DNA from: the human T2T-CHM13v2.0 reference genome, Homo sapiens
DNA length: 64,000 nucleotides
Direction: 5' to 3' (one strand)
Assembly: GCF_009914755.1 (NCBI RefSeq)
Contig: NC_060936.1
Shown: positions 1-14,749 of the stretch, in pieces
How the letters are laid out: each line of letters begins with the position of its first letter
How positions within the stretch are numbered: position 1 is the stretch's first letter
Made by a program: the position numbers and the translations under genes
Notes under the pieces: model-generated
Database searches by the model: none
What the model saw: the letters and a program-made list of their open reading frames with translations, nothing else
What the model was told of the DNA's origin: nothing

Positions 1-1729
1 TATAAAATACAGGATTAAGAGTTTTGTTTTTGTTGGTCCTTTGACAGACATGTTAGTTGATTAGAAGAACTCTAATATTATAACAGAATCATTTTATTAT
101 ATGCTGTTAGGTTTATTTCATGTTTTGAAATATATGTCATCAACTAGTTTTATAGAAATTACATTAAAGCTCTAGAGCGGAATGTTATTTCTTCACCTAT
201 CACTCTGGATACCAGATGCCTACATAGTTCCAGAGTTTAAAATAATACCTGGAGGATTTTTAAAACCATGACTTTTATAAACACAAAAAGAGTTACCTGA
301 GCAATTTGGGGCCCACTCTATGACATGAGAACCACATACAGATTATTAGATGTTGAACTTCAACTTGCACACGCCCTCCATGCTCATCTATGTATTATGT
401 AGTGCACTTTTGTTGTTAAATTTCAACCACTTTTTGTTAGCAACTGTTAAAATTCTTAGACATTCCTGACTCAATAAAATATTTCTTCTCTGGATAAATT
501 TAAATTATCCACTTTATTTACTGTTCAGCGTCCATGTAGGTTCTATGATACACTGTGCAGTAATCATTAAATCAAGATACAAAGAATTCTCAGTCTCTCA
601 TACATAATTTGGATTTTTTAAATCTACAAGCATAATTCCTAGCCACAGTTTAAGAGATAATAAGTTTCCTTAGTGTGCAAAAGTTATGGAATCTATGGAA
701 CTTCTAGTGTATCACTGCTAAGGACTAGAATAATGCATAGCATGGAGTTGGTATTCAATAACTATTTAGGAAATGTTAAAGACATCTTCCTCTGGCTGTT
801 TTGCTTCTCTGTGAGTGTGAGTTGCATTTTAATATTAATTATCTCATTAGACTTGCTGAATAGTCTTGAGAATTAGAAAATACTTACTCTAAGATTATTA
901 CAGTTAGTATGTGGTACATCTAACACTTAAACTTTGGGCTGAATGCACTACTTGGTACTTAACAGGCTAGATTTTGGTGACTGAATGAACAAGCAAAACC
1001 ATGACCAAATCAAGATATTCTAACCACCAAACTATATTATTTCTATGAATTCGTACTGTCTAGTAGGTTAGATTGTTTTAAAAAAAGATTTTTATGGATT
1101 GTTTTTAAATATAGGGACATGCCCCTTTGCATTCCTACATACATCCACTTGCCTAAATGCACACACAGTATGCTAATCCCCCTGCACATATTCACAGAGT
1201 ATTGGGGGAAATATGACATTAATGAAAAGAAATATGTGGTCTAAAAAACAGAAAGCAGATGTTTTCGTGCTCTTCAATGTATGCTTTAGCATACATTTTA
1301 TTTATAACATCTCAGAAGAAACAGATGTAAATGATAAGATGAGAAGAAAAGAAGAATCAGGATAATAACCAATTACATGCAAGGACTTTAGGATAATATT
1401 TACATGGGTAGCATGGAATCATAGAACAAAATTTTAAAACCCAGTAATTTATATGAATGGACATTACATTCAAAATCCCATGTTTAAGATGAGAAAGATT
1501 ATTGGTTTTACAGGAACAAGACAATATTAGGCAAAACTGTGGAGTAGACTAACACAATGTTTAGGCCACCTTATTTCTTACTCATCAAGATCTCTACTGC
1601 CACTCTTACCTTGCTAGCAAATACAGTATTTTCTCCTAAATTTTACTTTTTCCAAGAATTTTATTTAAAGACAAAGCCAATCACTCTCTTGTTTTATTTC
1701 TACTAAGAGCAATAACAATGACCCCATAG

Positions 1730-1960
1730 TTACCATTTATTGAATACTGTATGCCAAATATGAGGTTGCCCTTTATAAAATATTCTAGTAAATCTTCTAG
1801 AATAGTAATAATAATGATAATAATGATAAACCTTCTATTTATTCCTCAATTATGCATAAGGAGTCTTAGATAAATTACGCAACTTGTCTAATATCACGTA
1901 ACTAATAAGTTGGAAAGTCACATCCTTTGAAATTAGATCTACCTGATTACAAAGCCACAG
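1730..1960 (-). mobile_element. MIR SINE (degenerate)
   Basis: atttattgaatactgtatgcc ... aacttgtctaatatcacgtaactaataagt ... cctgattacaaagcc resembles the reverse-complement MIR core. Confidence 0.55.
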
Positions 1961-2109
1961 TATAAATTAAAATTACATCTTGGTACTGCTTTGTGTGACA
2001 CGGATTTTAAATCTGTGCAGAATATGAAAAAATAATTGATTTCATACATAAAACAATTTTTAGGTGACTGGCTATCTGATTAAGTCTTTAATTTTATGTA
2101 ATTGTTCAG

Positions 2110-3130
2110 ATTTTTCTGAGGGAGCAAATGGATTGGGAAAGATAGAAAGGTATTAAAGACAGCTGCAAGGGCTTTGGTCTGAGCAGCTGCTCCCGTTTTT
2201 GGCCTATGCAATGCAAGGATAAAATAACTGAGATGGGGAAGGCTGCAGGAGTAGTAGGTTTAGGAAAAATTCAAGTGCTCACTCTTGCACATGTTGAGTT
2301 TGAGGTTTCTATTAGTCATCTAAATAGAGATGTCACATAGCCAGGTGGATATACAAATCTGGACACCACATTAGCATATAGACTGAAATTTAAAAGACCG
2401 AAATGAGGTCATCAAGAAAGTGAATGCAAATAGAGAAATGGTCCAAGCTGGAGGCCCTAGTGGATTCCAACAATTAGAGCCCTGGGAGACCAGCAAAGAA
2501 AAATCTGTAGGAGCAATTGCTAACATTGGAGGAAGACCAAAAGAGCAGTGTGAACTAAATTGCTCACGTTAATCCAGTAATTAACCTGAATATTTCTCAG
2601 AGGTCAACTAAGATGAGGACTGAGAACTGACCATCAGATTCAACAATGTAATCTGGCTTTATTGGAGGGTTAAGAAAAAAAGCCTGATTGAACTAAATTT
2701 AAAAATAAATGGGAGGAGAGAAATTGGAATCCATATTCTTATGCAACACTTTTTTAGCACATTGTTTCAAAGGGAAGCAAAGAAATGGGCAGCCCCTGGC
2801 AAAGAAAGGAGGAATAGGAATAAGAGCATGTTGTGCTGAGGGAGAGGCTCCAGGAGAGGATGAAAAACTGATGATGTAGGATGAAAAGTGGATAATCACT
2901 AGAGCCATGTCCTTGAGTAGATGAGAAGAGAAAGAATCTACAAGAGAAGAGACTGGATTTGGTGAAGAATGGTACTATCTTTAATAACAGATGGAAAGGC
3001 AGAGCATGTGGGTTTACATGCTGGTAATTGTGGTGATGGGAGTCTGTGCACATTTTTGGAAAATCAAGAAGCCAGGATATCAGCTGAGAGTATTGTTGGG
3101 GGAGAGAATTTTGGATGTTTAAGAAGTGAA
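2110..3130 (-). mobile_element. L2 LINE fragment
   Basis: Purine-rich, with gcacatgttgagtttgagg, a hallmark of antisense L2. Confidence 0.65.
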
Positions 3131-3940
3131 GGATTCAATTCAAGGCTTCAGCATCCTTCTCTGTCTATATCAGTATATTGTAGAAATAACATGATTTTCT
3201 ATCTGTATCATGATGTGAGCAAGATTGAAAAATTGATCTAGTAGAACGTTATCCACAAAATCTGCTAACTAATATTTCCTTTTGAGAGGTCATTTTACCT
3301 TTTTCTCCGTCAAATTCTATGATTTTATGCTGATGGTCTCTTCTAATTCCAGGCCATGTGACCAGTTTTATATTATTAGGCAAGTCTAACAAGTATATTA
3401 TTAATTAAAATGACTAGGTAAGAAATAAAGGGGTTAAACATCACTTAGAGAGAGAATGATCCCAGCAAAACTTCATTTTTACATATTGACACTGAATTAT
3501 TAAGAACGTCATGGATCACAACCACTTAACTGGAAATGTAAACACCTAAAATACTATGATCAAATCACAATTTTGCAGCTTGCTGATTAGGAGGCCATGT
3601 AGATACAGAATTAAATTTATTACATCATGGTAAATTATGGGCATACATTAATTTCTTTAATTTGTCTTTCTCTACTTGACATTCACCACACATTTACTTA
3701 AAGGAAAGAACCATAAATATTAATATTTCATAATAAATTCAGAAATTCTTATTACAAATGCTTTCCTTTAATATCAAAAGGGCACACATTCAGTAACATG
3801 ATTACAGTGCTTTAGACAGCATTATACACACTGGCAGTCACAGTCATGCAAAATTAATATTAATTTGATTGAACTGATTAGGTGCAAAGAGTCAGATATT
3901 TCTCTGAATGCTGATTGCATTATTATTCACTCAACAACCC

Positions 3941-4165
3941 AGTATAACAGTTTAAAGCATGGGCTCTAGTGTCAAAGAGATTCAAATTCAAATTGCCACT
4001 CTTCTGCTTTCTAGATGAACAAAACTTTGAGTTAGCTTCTCTGAGCCTCAGTTTTGTTCTCTAAAAAGTGGGAATTAAAGTAGGTTTTTAACTTACTAGG
4101 GCATTTGCAAAAATTAAAGGAAATAATGTATGTAAAGCACTTTATGTCATTGCCACCCTAGTCAC
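3941..4165 (+). mobile_element. MIR SINE
   Basis: aaagcatgggctcta ... cttctctgagcctcagttt ... ataatgtatgtaaagcactt. Confidence 0.7.
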
Positions 4166-4499
4166 TCAAAAGAAAAGAAAAAACTTCATCTTTCTAAATT
4201 TATTTTTGCCCAGTAGATTGTGTTGAATTTGTCCCTTTCTTAATTGTTTTTCTCTTGTCCAAAATTATCTTTTCACATTTATCCAAGATCCAGCTCCAGT
4301 GTCGCCTCTGTCATGTCATCCCTTCAGTCTAGAGGAATGGTTCTTTTTATTTTCCCACCACTAGTCTGTAGATCTTTTGTATCCCTTTTAAGGTCTGCAG
4401 TAGGCAAGTTATTCACATGTTATTGTGCCTGCCCCTTCAACTTGGAGCTCCTAGAGAATTTGAATTGTGTTTCTCCTGTTTCCACTTGTTTTCCACACA

Positions 4500-5375
4500 G
4501 TAGCCTATGATACCTGTAAACATGTAGATCAGGCCACTCCATTTGCCTAATCCCAATCCTCCAATAGTTTCCTGTCACATTTCTGAGAAAATCCAAAGTC
4601 TTATCCACAGCCTATAAGCTGTACAATATATGGCCCTGGTCCTCTCTCTGTCCTCACTTTATTTCACACTATCTCCTTACACACTATCCTCAGGCAACAT
4701 GGGTGTCGTTGCAGTTCACAAAGCATAATGTCATTGATACATAAAAGACCTATTAAGTACCAGCTATAAGTTGCACACTATTCTAGGCATTTAGGATACA
4801 TTAGTGAACAAAATAGACAAATATTCTTCTGTGTAGAGTTTCCACTGTAGTGGGGAGAAGTGCAGAAAAACATGTAAAAAGTAAATGAAACTGTATGTGA
4901 CAGTGGGGAAAGGAAAATGAGAAGAAGTAGAGGTGGTGTGGAGGGACAAGAACTAGAGCAAAGGATAAAGGGATTCGTGAGTTGTGATTTTAAATCCTCC
5001 ATTAAGTATGTTTTCTCAGGGCATTTGCAGTTGCTGATTTTTTTTGCCTTGCTTTCTCTCCAGTCCACCCAATGGTTCCCTCCACCAGTTAAGTGTCTGT
5101 GCAAACAGAAACATCTGTCAACACTTCTGAGAGGCCCAGTCTAAACAGTGTAAAAAGGCATGCCTCCACTCCCACATTACAGCTCTCTACTTTCTTAATC
5201 AGCTTTATTTTCTTCATTGCATTTTTACTATGTGTAAATCTGTGTGTGTGTGTGTGTGTGTGTGTGTATTCGATGAGGAAATATATTTTTTTCTGTTTTA
5301 TTAACTGTTTCATTCCTAGTATGTAGGAACAGTTTGGCATAGAGTTGTCAATAAATATTTATTAAATAAATTAAT
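4500..5375. mobile_element. L2 (+) interrupted by an L2 (-) piece at about 4750-5030
   Basis: aaaatccaaagtctt...ggccctg (L2 sense); ctaggcatttaggatacattagtgaacaaaatagac (L2 antisense); 3' end aataaatatttattaaataaattaat. Confidence 0.55.
5241..5266. repeat. (TG)13 microsatellite
   Basis: Read directly from the sequence. Confidence 0.95.
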
Positions 5376-5486
5376 GTAGGTAATAGTTAGCTTTAGCTAA
5401 TGATTATTAAATTTAAAAGGTAGAGAAAACTGAAATTTACTCATTAATGTATTATTTCTGAATAATTAAAAGAACTTTCATTTTAA

Positions 5487-5825
<339 letters not shown>

Positions 5826-5826
5826 C

Positions 5827-5901
5827 TATTCATTCATTAATTCAACAATTATTTGTTGAGTGATATTATTCATTCATTAATTCAACAATTATTAGTCGAG
5901 T
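5827..5901. repeat. 40-bp-period tandem duplication at an L2 3' end
   Basis: tattcattcattaattcaacaattatt at 5827 and 5867. Confidence 0.85.
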
Positions 5902-6532
5902 ACCTATAATAGTCTAGGCTTTATATTAAGCATTGGAATACAATTCAAAGGACAAACAGTTATTTTTTAAAGTCATTCTTAATTATTAAAATGCTCTATC
6001 TACATTATTATAAAAATAAAACACAAAAATTGCTTGTGAAGATCACCACACTGTCTTTGGGTTAAATCATCATTCAGTAACGGCCTTAGAAACTTGATTT
6101 TTTTTGTCCTATATGTTACTTACTACATTCTTCTCTTTGGACTACAAGCGAAGTAAAACATCCGTCTCTGGTAATGGGTTGGGAACATGTGAATTGGCAA
6201 ATGTGCCTTTTATTCTTAGGAGCTCTGGTCCTGAGTCCAATGACACTCAAGTGATTAGTGAAATAGATCTATAAAGTGTGGTTAATCATACACGTTAGAT
6301 ATGTAACTTTTCAATTCAAGTTGTCATACAACCCAGCAAAAGCAGTCCACTTAAATGCCATAAGATGTAAGTATCGTTTTTTCTTCTCTAAATTTCTACC
6401 TGGACATGACCTGATTTCAAAAATGTGCCCATTCAAGAGTGAGTAGGACTAGTTTATATCTTCACTTGGTATCAATTTACTGCAAGATAGTAAAAAAATC
6501 TGTTACTTCCTACTTGGGAATATAAATAAATA

Positions 6533-6672
6533 ATTTTTCTGGAACAATAAATTTAAGTAAGATCTTCATTATTTTTGCAAACAAAATGCTAAATACATTT
6601 TTCTGGAACAATAAATTTAAGTAAGATCTTCATTATTTTTGCAAACAAAATGCTAAATACATTTTTCTGGAA
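6533..6672. repeat. Perfect 64-bp tandem duplication plus 12-bp third partial copy
   Basis: atttttctggaacaataaatttaagtaagatcttcattatttttgcaaacaaaatgctaaatac at 6533 and 6597; atttttctggaa again at 6661. Confidence 0.95.
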
Positions 6673-6732
6673 ATTTTAGAGTTTCTCCCAGTTAGATAAA
6701 ATGCAAACACATTGGAAAATGTAAGCTTTAGC

Positions 6733-6796
6733 TACTCAGCTGTTAAGGTTTAATATTCCTGATACTCAGCTGCAAAGGTTTAATATTCACGATACT
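6733..6796. repeat. 30-bp imperfect tandem duplication
   Basis: tactcagctgttaaggtttaatattcctga / tactcagctgcaaaggtttaatattcacga. Confidence 0.85.
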
Positions 6797-6861
6797 AAAT
6801 ATTCACAATATTTCCTTGTGGTCACAAACAAAATAAATCTGACCATTTAAGAAGAAAGGCA

Positions 6862-7217
<356 letters not shown>

Positions 7218-7899
7218 TTAAAAAATTAAGACTGGCTTATTGAAAAACAATAAAAACAGATGTATCAAAAGTAAAATATGCTACAGCTAAATCATAATTT
7301 ACAGTTTTAAGGAAAAAAGTTTATTCCAGGAAAACTCCAAACAATAATGATTCACATCGTTCAAAATTTTCCTCTGGATCCAGAAGGGATGTTATAATGG
7401 ATGTTTTAATGCATCTTTTTTTTTGTATTTTGGTAATTAAACTATAACTAAAACCCAGAACCATAAAGATATAAACAAATGTCCAAAGCTTAAGGTGAGA
7501 GACAGCCAGAAAGGCATATTCTGGGGCCAGAGAATGCCTAACGAACCGTATGAACTTAGATATCTACTACTGATTTTAAACTGATGATGTAATATCTTGT
7601 GCTGTCCTAAAATTAGCAGTGAAAATCTGCCTTAGTGACACATTGGGGAAGAAATGCAATGGGATGCATTTGTGCAAACATTAAAGAGGCTCAGCAGAGG
7701 ACAGAATCTGGTAGGAGTGGGGCTGAGATTATCTAAGGTAATCAGAATTGAGCTTGAAGTATGAATCTGAAGTAAAAGGTTTCAGGCAAATGTAAACATT
7801 CCTCTGACATCTTCTAAAATATTAAGGTCACTGAGATACCCATGTAAAATCAATACACTGTTTAGACATTAAAGGGAAAAATAAAATGATGTTCCAAAA

Positions 7900-9040
7900 G
7901 TCATGGATTCATTTACCAAATATTTTACTGAGTTTCTAAAGCTATATGAATTGGTGTGGAATGAAATGTGAGCAAAACGGGAAAAAAATTGTCTTCATAA
8001 AGTTTATCTTGCAATAGAATAAATAACCAATTTATATATCATGGTAGAAGAAATCAGGGAGAAAATCAGAGAGAAGGAGTAGGGGAGTTGAAAAAATATC
8101 TTATAGGTAATTAGGGAACCCCTCAATGAGAATTTAACATTTGAACAGATATGAGGTGAGAAAGGGAGTCATAGAGGGCTCAAAGAGCATAACAGGCAGA
8201 GAATAAGATGCAAATCCAAAGGTGCTAGGTAGGCAGTATAGCTAGGGTGTGACTGAAGAAGAAAGAGGGGTTTATCCAAACTGAGTAAGTGAGCAAGGGA
8301 GTAGTAGGTGGTGAAAGCAGAGATATAACAAGAATCCACATTGTGTTGGTTCTTGCATGGCATTAATTGGACATTGATTTTTATTCTAAGTAAGATCAGC
8401 AAGCAGGCTGAATGAAACTTTGGAAGGATCTGAGCAGTGGGATGCCATAACTGAATAAATGACCAAGATTTTGAAAGGATCATTTTAGCTTTTGGATTGA
8501 GAACAGTGGATGCAGAGGGTTAGTTAGAGGGGAAGAAGCTAGTTGGCCATGTAGATGAAAGCTAATTGTGGTTTATACAGGGTGGCAGTGGTGAAGGTAA
8601 TGTGAGGCATATCTGGACTCCAAAAACATTTTGAAGGTAGATTTGGATATGAGGGAAATAGGAGTCAAAGATAACTCCAATAATTTTCCTAAAGAAATGA
8701 AAGAATCAGGTTGTCATCAGCTGAGATGGAGAAAACTACAGAAGTATCAGGTTTGGAGGGAAGATCCAGAACTCAATTGTCAACATGTTGAGTTTGAGAT
8801 ATCCTTTAGACATATACATGGAGATGTCAAGTGGGTAGCTGTACATATTACCTGGGATTTCAGTGGAGAGTACTGGCTATAGATATAAATTTGGGAATCC
8901 TCAGTATATAGACTTAAGGGAGTAAGTATAGGGAAAGAAAAGAAGAGGTCCAATAGCTGAGCCCTGTAACATCCCAATATGAAAGACCAGAAAAATAAGG
9001 AAGTAGCAAAAAATCATATTAAAAGGAGGGGCCAGTAAGC
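7900..9040 (-). mobile_element. L2 LINE fragment
   Basis: attcatttaccaaatattttactgag start; caacatgttgagtttgagatatcct; gatataaatttgggaatc. Confidence 0.7.
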
Positions 9041-11348
9041 ATTAGACAAGGACTTGGTGTTTCACCAGTGAAGCAGCCCTCTTTTAGGCTCCTGACTGAA
9101 GCACATTCCTCCACTATCTGGATAATTTGGACAGCAATCCAGATGGAATGAGAAAGAAGGTGATGTTTCCCAGGCCAACCCAATTGGGTATATCAACTTG
9201 GGTGACCAATGAAGTGACAAATTACCACATAATAATGTTCATATTCTGACTTTAAGCATAATAATAAACAACATGTGCTTGCAATTTGATACAGGGCTCA
9301 ATAGCAATACCCCAAATCATTTGGAGTGCTGGATGTCAGTAATAAGGAAAATGATATAGCTTCCTAGAGTAAAATTTTGACATAAGCCTGTGCCCAGTAA
9401 CTTTCAGGTTTTTTTCCTCAGCATAAGAATGAATTTTCAATTAAATTTATATGTAGAAGCTCAAGATATAAGGCATATAACAGTGGAATGTGTTTGTTTG
9501 AGGCAGAGGTAAAGGAAAAAATCAGAAAACAGCCTGCTCAGAGTTCCCACTGGAGCTATCCTTGAAGCATCTGGACATATCCCTAGAGCCTGGGTAAAGC
9601 TTATGAACATAGCTTTAAAACTACCAAAATCCTAAAAAGAAAAGAGTTCAGAGATGAAAATAACTGATATTGGAAGTACTCAGAGAAGGTTTACATAGTA
9701 TTCAGGGAAAACCTGAACCCAACAGAATAGAATGTGCCCTGGCTTTCATTTTTATGTTCCTCCTTCTGCCCCTACCCCTCAGATTAAATATTGGTTGAAA
9801 TACCTCTAAAACTACACATATCATCATATTGGTGATAACCAGAGTCCTTTAGCAACAATTTGAAGTAGATTTTGTTTAAAGAAAGGTAGGAAAGTTATAG
9901 TCCAGAAGAAAATTAAACTGATGTGAGTAAGAATATACACATACAGCAAGGTTTACCCATTATAGGAAAACATTAACTGTATGATAAGGGGGAAAATGTG
10001 TTTACATGTTTTTGGTTTTGCTTTTCAGAAAGAGAAACAAGATAGTGACTATTCTCTTCCATAACTATCTTGGGGAAAGAAGAAGTTGAAACAAAAAGCA
10101 GGCATAATAATGAATCTACAATGATATCTGATATGTATCTATTTTAATCAAATGGAAGATTAGCCTTCCAGATAGCATTAAATAGAAGTGTGACTAGGAA
10201 AATAATCTTGTACGGTCCCTCAAGAGGAATATGCCAGTTTATTTAGAGATGTGAGCCTTTCAAGAGGCATCCAAAATAGTGAAAAGAGAGATGCTAAAAA
10301 TGTATAAAATCAATTAAAAAGAGAGAATACAAATAAGTGTCATGAGAAATACAAACTGGTATTAATAGTGCTCATTAAAATGATGAATATCTTAGGCAAT
10401 TTTCATGACCTAAAATGATGTATCATTGGCCTCATCCATCTACTACCTAGAATTGGGACACATTTGTATAAGACTGAAAGATGTATCACTAGTTTACAAA
10501 TATAAGCAGTTAAGTGATCTCCCCAAAATGTTGGGGTAACTTACATTTAGAGTGTAGGACTGTCACCGCTTCCTTTTTTCAAAGCACATTTGTAATATAT
10601 TCATGATTGTATCCTTATAGTTGTGTGGGTAAAGTTCCTTAAACCAGACACTTGAAAGATGAACAAATTATTACGTGTTAGCTAAGGATATTATGTTTTT
10701 GAGTTTTGAGTTTATTTTGAATAGTAAAGTATTAGCACTCAATTTTCCACCTAAGATATAGTGAAAGTAAGAGCATGATACTGGGGTCAAAAAGGGCAAA
10801 TTTTACTTAGTATTCTTTTATCTCCTATAAACAAGGCAGCTACATTTTGGGTACTACTTAAATAGCTGCAAAAAAACAAACACCCTACAACAAAAAATAA
10901 TTTTCATTATTTTTTGATCAGAAAATTATGCCAACAATCCTTTATAGTAAATTACCTGTTATATTATTTTGTACTAAACGTTTTTTGCAATTAATCTGTC
11001 TTTCCCTTGCCAGAAGAAAAGATCCCATGTGAAATGGTGAATAGGAAAGCACAGGTGCAATGCAAGGAAGAGGTGTTTTGAAAAGTGGGTCTTTACATCT
11101 ATAAGCACTTAATGTCAAAAGATGCTCTTCTTAGAGTAGTTGGCATCTATGTATATATATGTATAAAACCTTGTATATATAATCCAGATGCTTGCTTTAT
11201 GTTACTTATATGTCAACTTGTAAATTGAGAAAATATAGAGTAGATTCATACAGTTAATCTCTATATACTCCATTCCTTAATTATTAACTTCTTAGGTTCA
11301 GGACCAGTCCAATCCTATAATCTGTATGTTACTCTAGCATTAACCAGT

Positions 11349-11648
11349 CCCAGGTCACTATAAAATATATATACTGATTTTATATTTCACTATAAAATAT
11401 ATATACTTATTATATACATATATTATATATATAATTATAGTGACCTGGGCATATATATATATATCATACATTAATGATACTATATATTATTATATGTATA
11501 ATACATATTACATATGTATAACACATATATAACAAAATATATATTTTATAGTGACCTGGACAAATATATATATATCATATATTAATGATAATATATAATT
11601 ATATATATAATATATATTATATATGTATAACATATATATAACAAAATA
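11349..11648. repeat. TA-rich tract containing inverted and tandem duplications
   Basis: ccaggtcactataaaatatatat (11350-11372) is the reverse complement of 11537-11559; a ~111-bp tandem unit starts ttatagtgacctgg at 11435 and 11546. Confidence 0.85.
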
Positions 11649-11980
11649 ATGGTTTTGAAGCAACTTGGATGGAGCTGGAAGCCATTATTCTAAGTGAAGT
11701 AACACAAGAGTGGAAAACCAAAAACTGTAGGTTCTCCCTTATAAGTGGGAGATAAGCTTTGAGTATGCAAAGCCATACAGTGATATAATGGACTTCAGAG
11801 ACTCAGAAGGGGGAGGGTGGAGGGGGACCAGGGATAAAAAACTACACATTAGGTACAGTGTACACTACTCGGGGAACAGGCACACTAAAATCCCAGAATT
11901 CACCACTATGTAATTCATCCATGTAACAAAAATCCACTTGCACCCCAAAAACTATTGAAATAACAAAACAAAAATAAATC
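11645..11980 (+). mobile_element. L1PB-type 3' end (5'-truncated)
   Basis: gcaacttggatggagctggaagccattattctaagtgaagtaac ... ggataaaaaactacacattaggtacagtgtacac ... caccccaaaaactattgaaata. Confidence 0.8.
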
Positions 11981-12474
11981 AATACATACATTGCTAAAAA
12001 TGTATGGCAGTATGGGAAATGTCACTACGATCCCTAAATAAACTGATTTTATTATATAAAGACTATATTATACACACACAATATGTTTGTATGAATAGAT
12101 ATAAATTATACATATGTGTGTATACATATATACACACATATATATATCTGTATGACTACATAAGTATGCTGTATATAAAGAACAGCATGGATGTCAGAAA
12201 TGTATCTTTTCAGCTCATGAGAATCATGAGGTTCCTAGTTGCTAAAACTATGTACTTACACACTTTAAATGGGGTCATGATCAGGGCCTAAACATATTAA
12301 TCTCTGTAAGTCAAATATGTCGAGGTTGTCTATAATGTGTTTGATTTGCATGGACATGTCCTAAGCACTTGGAAAGAGTTGTGAAGGAGGAATTTTCACA
12401 AGACAAAAATCAAACCACATATAATAAATAGTATGATATATATGTGATGACCTGACTAGGAATTTGATGGCATG

Positions 12475-12535
12475 AGTTGAATCCTGGCTCTGATACATTG
12501 TGTAGTTGAATCCTGGCTCTGATACATTGTGTAGT
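12475..12535. repeat. Perfect 29-bp tandem duplication inside a MIR
   Basis: agttgaatcctggctctgatacattgtgt at 12475 and 12504, followed by agt. Confidence 0.92.
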
Positions 12536-14059
12536 ATCTATTATGTGTCACTAGGTAAGATACTTAACTTTTGAAATCATGATTTCTAAGGCTGTTAATG
12601 AATTTTAATGACACAAACCTGAAAGAAAAGATTCTTGCAACCATTATATTTGGACATCTAATTTAAGGATAATTAGTATTGTAGGTATTAAAATAAAATA
12701 TTGATTGATTTCATTTATATATTACCTCTGCTACCCTCCAACATTTTTCTAAACATTATTATAATTTCCTGATTTATTTGCCCTTCCTTCTACTTTTACT
12801 TCCTGTAGCTATTTTATATATTATTAAATATATTATAAATATAGTATATTATAGTATATTATTTATACATAAGATATAGTATATAGCCTTTGGTGTTTGT
12901 CAAAGAGAGAGAAATGATGCCTAAGTCACAGAAAGAGAAAGGGATAATTCTCAATAACAAAAATTGTCACATTTCCTTAAAAAACCTCAACCACAGGGCT
13001 CTACTAAGTTGACAGAAATGTCCAGTTTCAAAAGCAAAATATATAAAGCTCATATTTGTTATTCCTTTTCTAAATTTGATTCATAGGTCTTCAAGTTATC
13101 AATTCATGCTGTTATTTACAAGATTGTAGATTAACTTTACATATATTTCCTAATTAAAGGAACATCAAACTACGTAGAGGATTCATACTAGGTTAAAAAA
13201 AAGGGGGTGGGATGGGGGCTCTAAAGCTATCTAAAATAATAACTTTCTGTAAGTTGGAAAATAAACTATTTTCAAGCTTTTTATGTTGTTCATCAAAGGA
13301 ATATTTTCTTCTAAAGTGGCCTATTCCAACTTATAAAACCCCAAATTTTAAGGCTACATTATATGATCTGAGGCATCATCCAAATATAATTGCATGATAT
13401 ATTTGATCCAATATTATTAAAACCTTATTAAATTTAACAAATGGCATAATCTTGAAAATTAAGGCATGTAACCAAATAAACACAATGTTGGGATATGAAT
13501 AGAATTTATCTCTTGTGCTGTTTGAGTCACCCTGCAGTATGTCTGGTAGGATGGGCAAAGTACTGCAAACAATGACAAAATTAATAAAACTGGAATTGTG
13601 TGCTGCACATTATGTTCTTGGCAGGAAATAAGGTGATGCTATTATAAAGGACACCTGCTTCCAGAAATTCAATTAGAGGACTCTACTGCATTATTTTCCT
13701 AGGAACAAAAGTTAAAGTACATTTTGGACGATGTGTATTATTTTGGGGATTGTTGGGGTGAGATGTTAGGGTGAGCAAGGATTTTTGAGGTACTCAGTAT
13801 GCCAAATCATTCTTTATTCTCTAGACACTTTTTCATCTTGATGTAAAATTTAATCATTTTATACTACACTACCTTGAATCATAGAGAAATACACAAATTA
13901 GTAATTGATCTATTTTACCTATCAAAACTATTTTAATCCATAAAGGATACTTTTTTGCCTCAGGTCTCATTTGATGTGCTTGAAAGCAGGTAATGGTATT
14001 ATCAATGATTATGCAAGGTCTCAAAATCCATGACTATCTTTAAAAAGCAAGAGTCATTT

Positions 14060-14435
14060 TGATAGTTGAAAGAAGAATGATGGTTATCAGAGGCTGACAA
14101 GGGTAATGGGATGGGGAGGGACAAAAAGGGGCTGATAAATGGATACAAATTAAAATGAGCATCTATTTATAATAGATAATAGGAATAAAATCCAAAGTTT
14201 GGTAGTACAATAGGGTAACTGTGGTTAACAATAAGTTATTGAATATTTCAACATAACTAGAGGAGTGGGCCTAAAATGTTTGTAACACAAATAAATGATA
14301 AATGTTTGAGGTTATGGATTTCCCAGTTAGCCTGATTTTATCATTATACATTTTATACTTATAACAAAATATCTCATGTACCCCATAAATATGTGCAACT
14401 ATTATGTACCCATTAAATTAAAATTGTTTTAAAAA
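14060..14435 (+). mobile_element. L1MA-type 3' end
   Basis: aatgatggttatcagaggctg ... aataactag-like ... catgtaccccataaatatgtgcaactattatgtaccc. Confidence 0.8.
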
Positions 14436-14749
14436 ACAAAGAATGTCACTCTCCTAGGAAAGTACTGACAGTCTGTTGCAACTGTTTTTCCAAGACATCA
14501 TTACTAGAAAGATGTCATCTGATTCCCGTGTCACACATGGGATATATCTATTACATAACTCTCAATACCACAATCTAAAGGGCAATGTAGACATTAATTT
14601 GTCTCAGTTGATTTTCCAGTTTGAAAAAAATTGAAATGGAACTCTTTTATACATTCTGACAATAATGCTAAGTTCATGATCCAAGTTACCTAAGACGCAC
14701 ATATTAAACGTTGCAGAGGTTTTTCCTTGGAATTTCAATTACTTTCATA

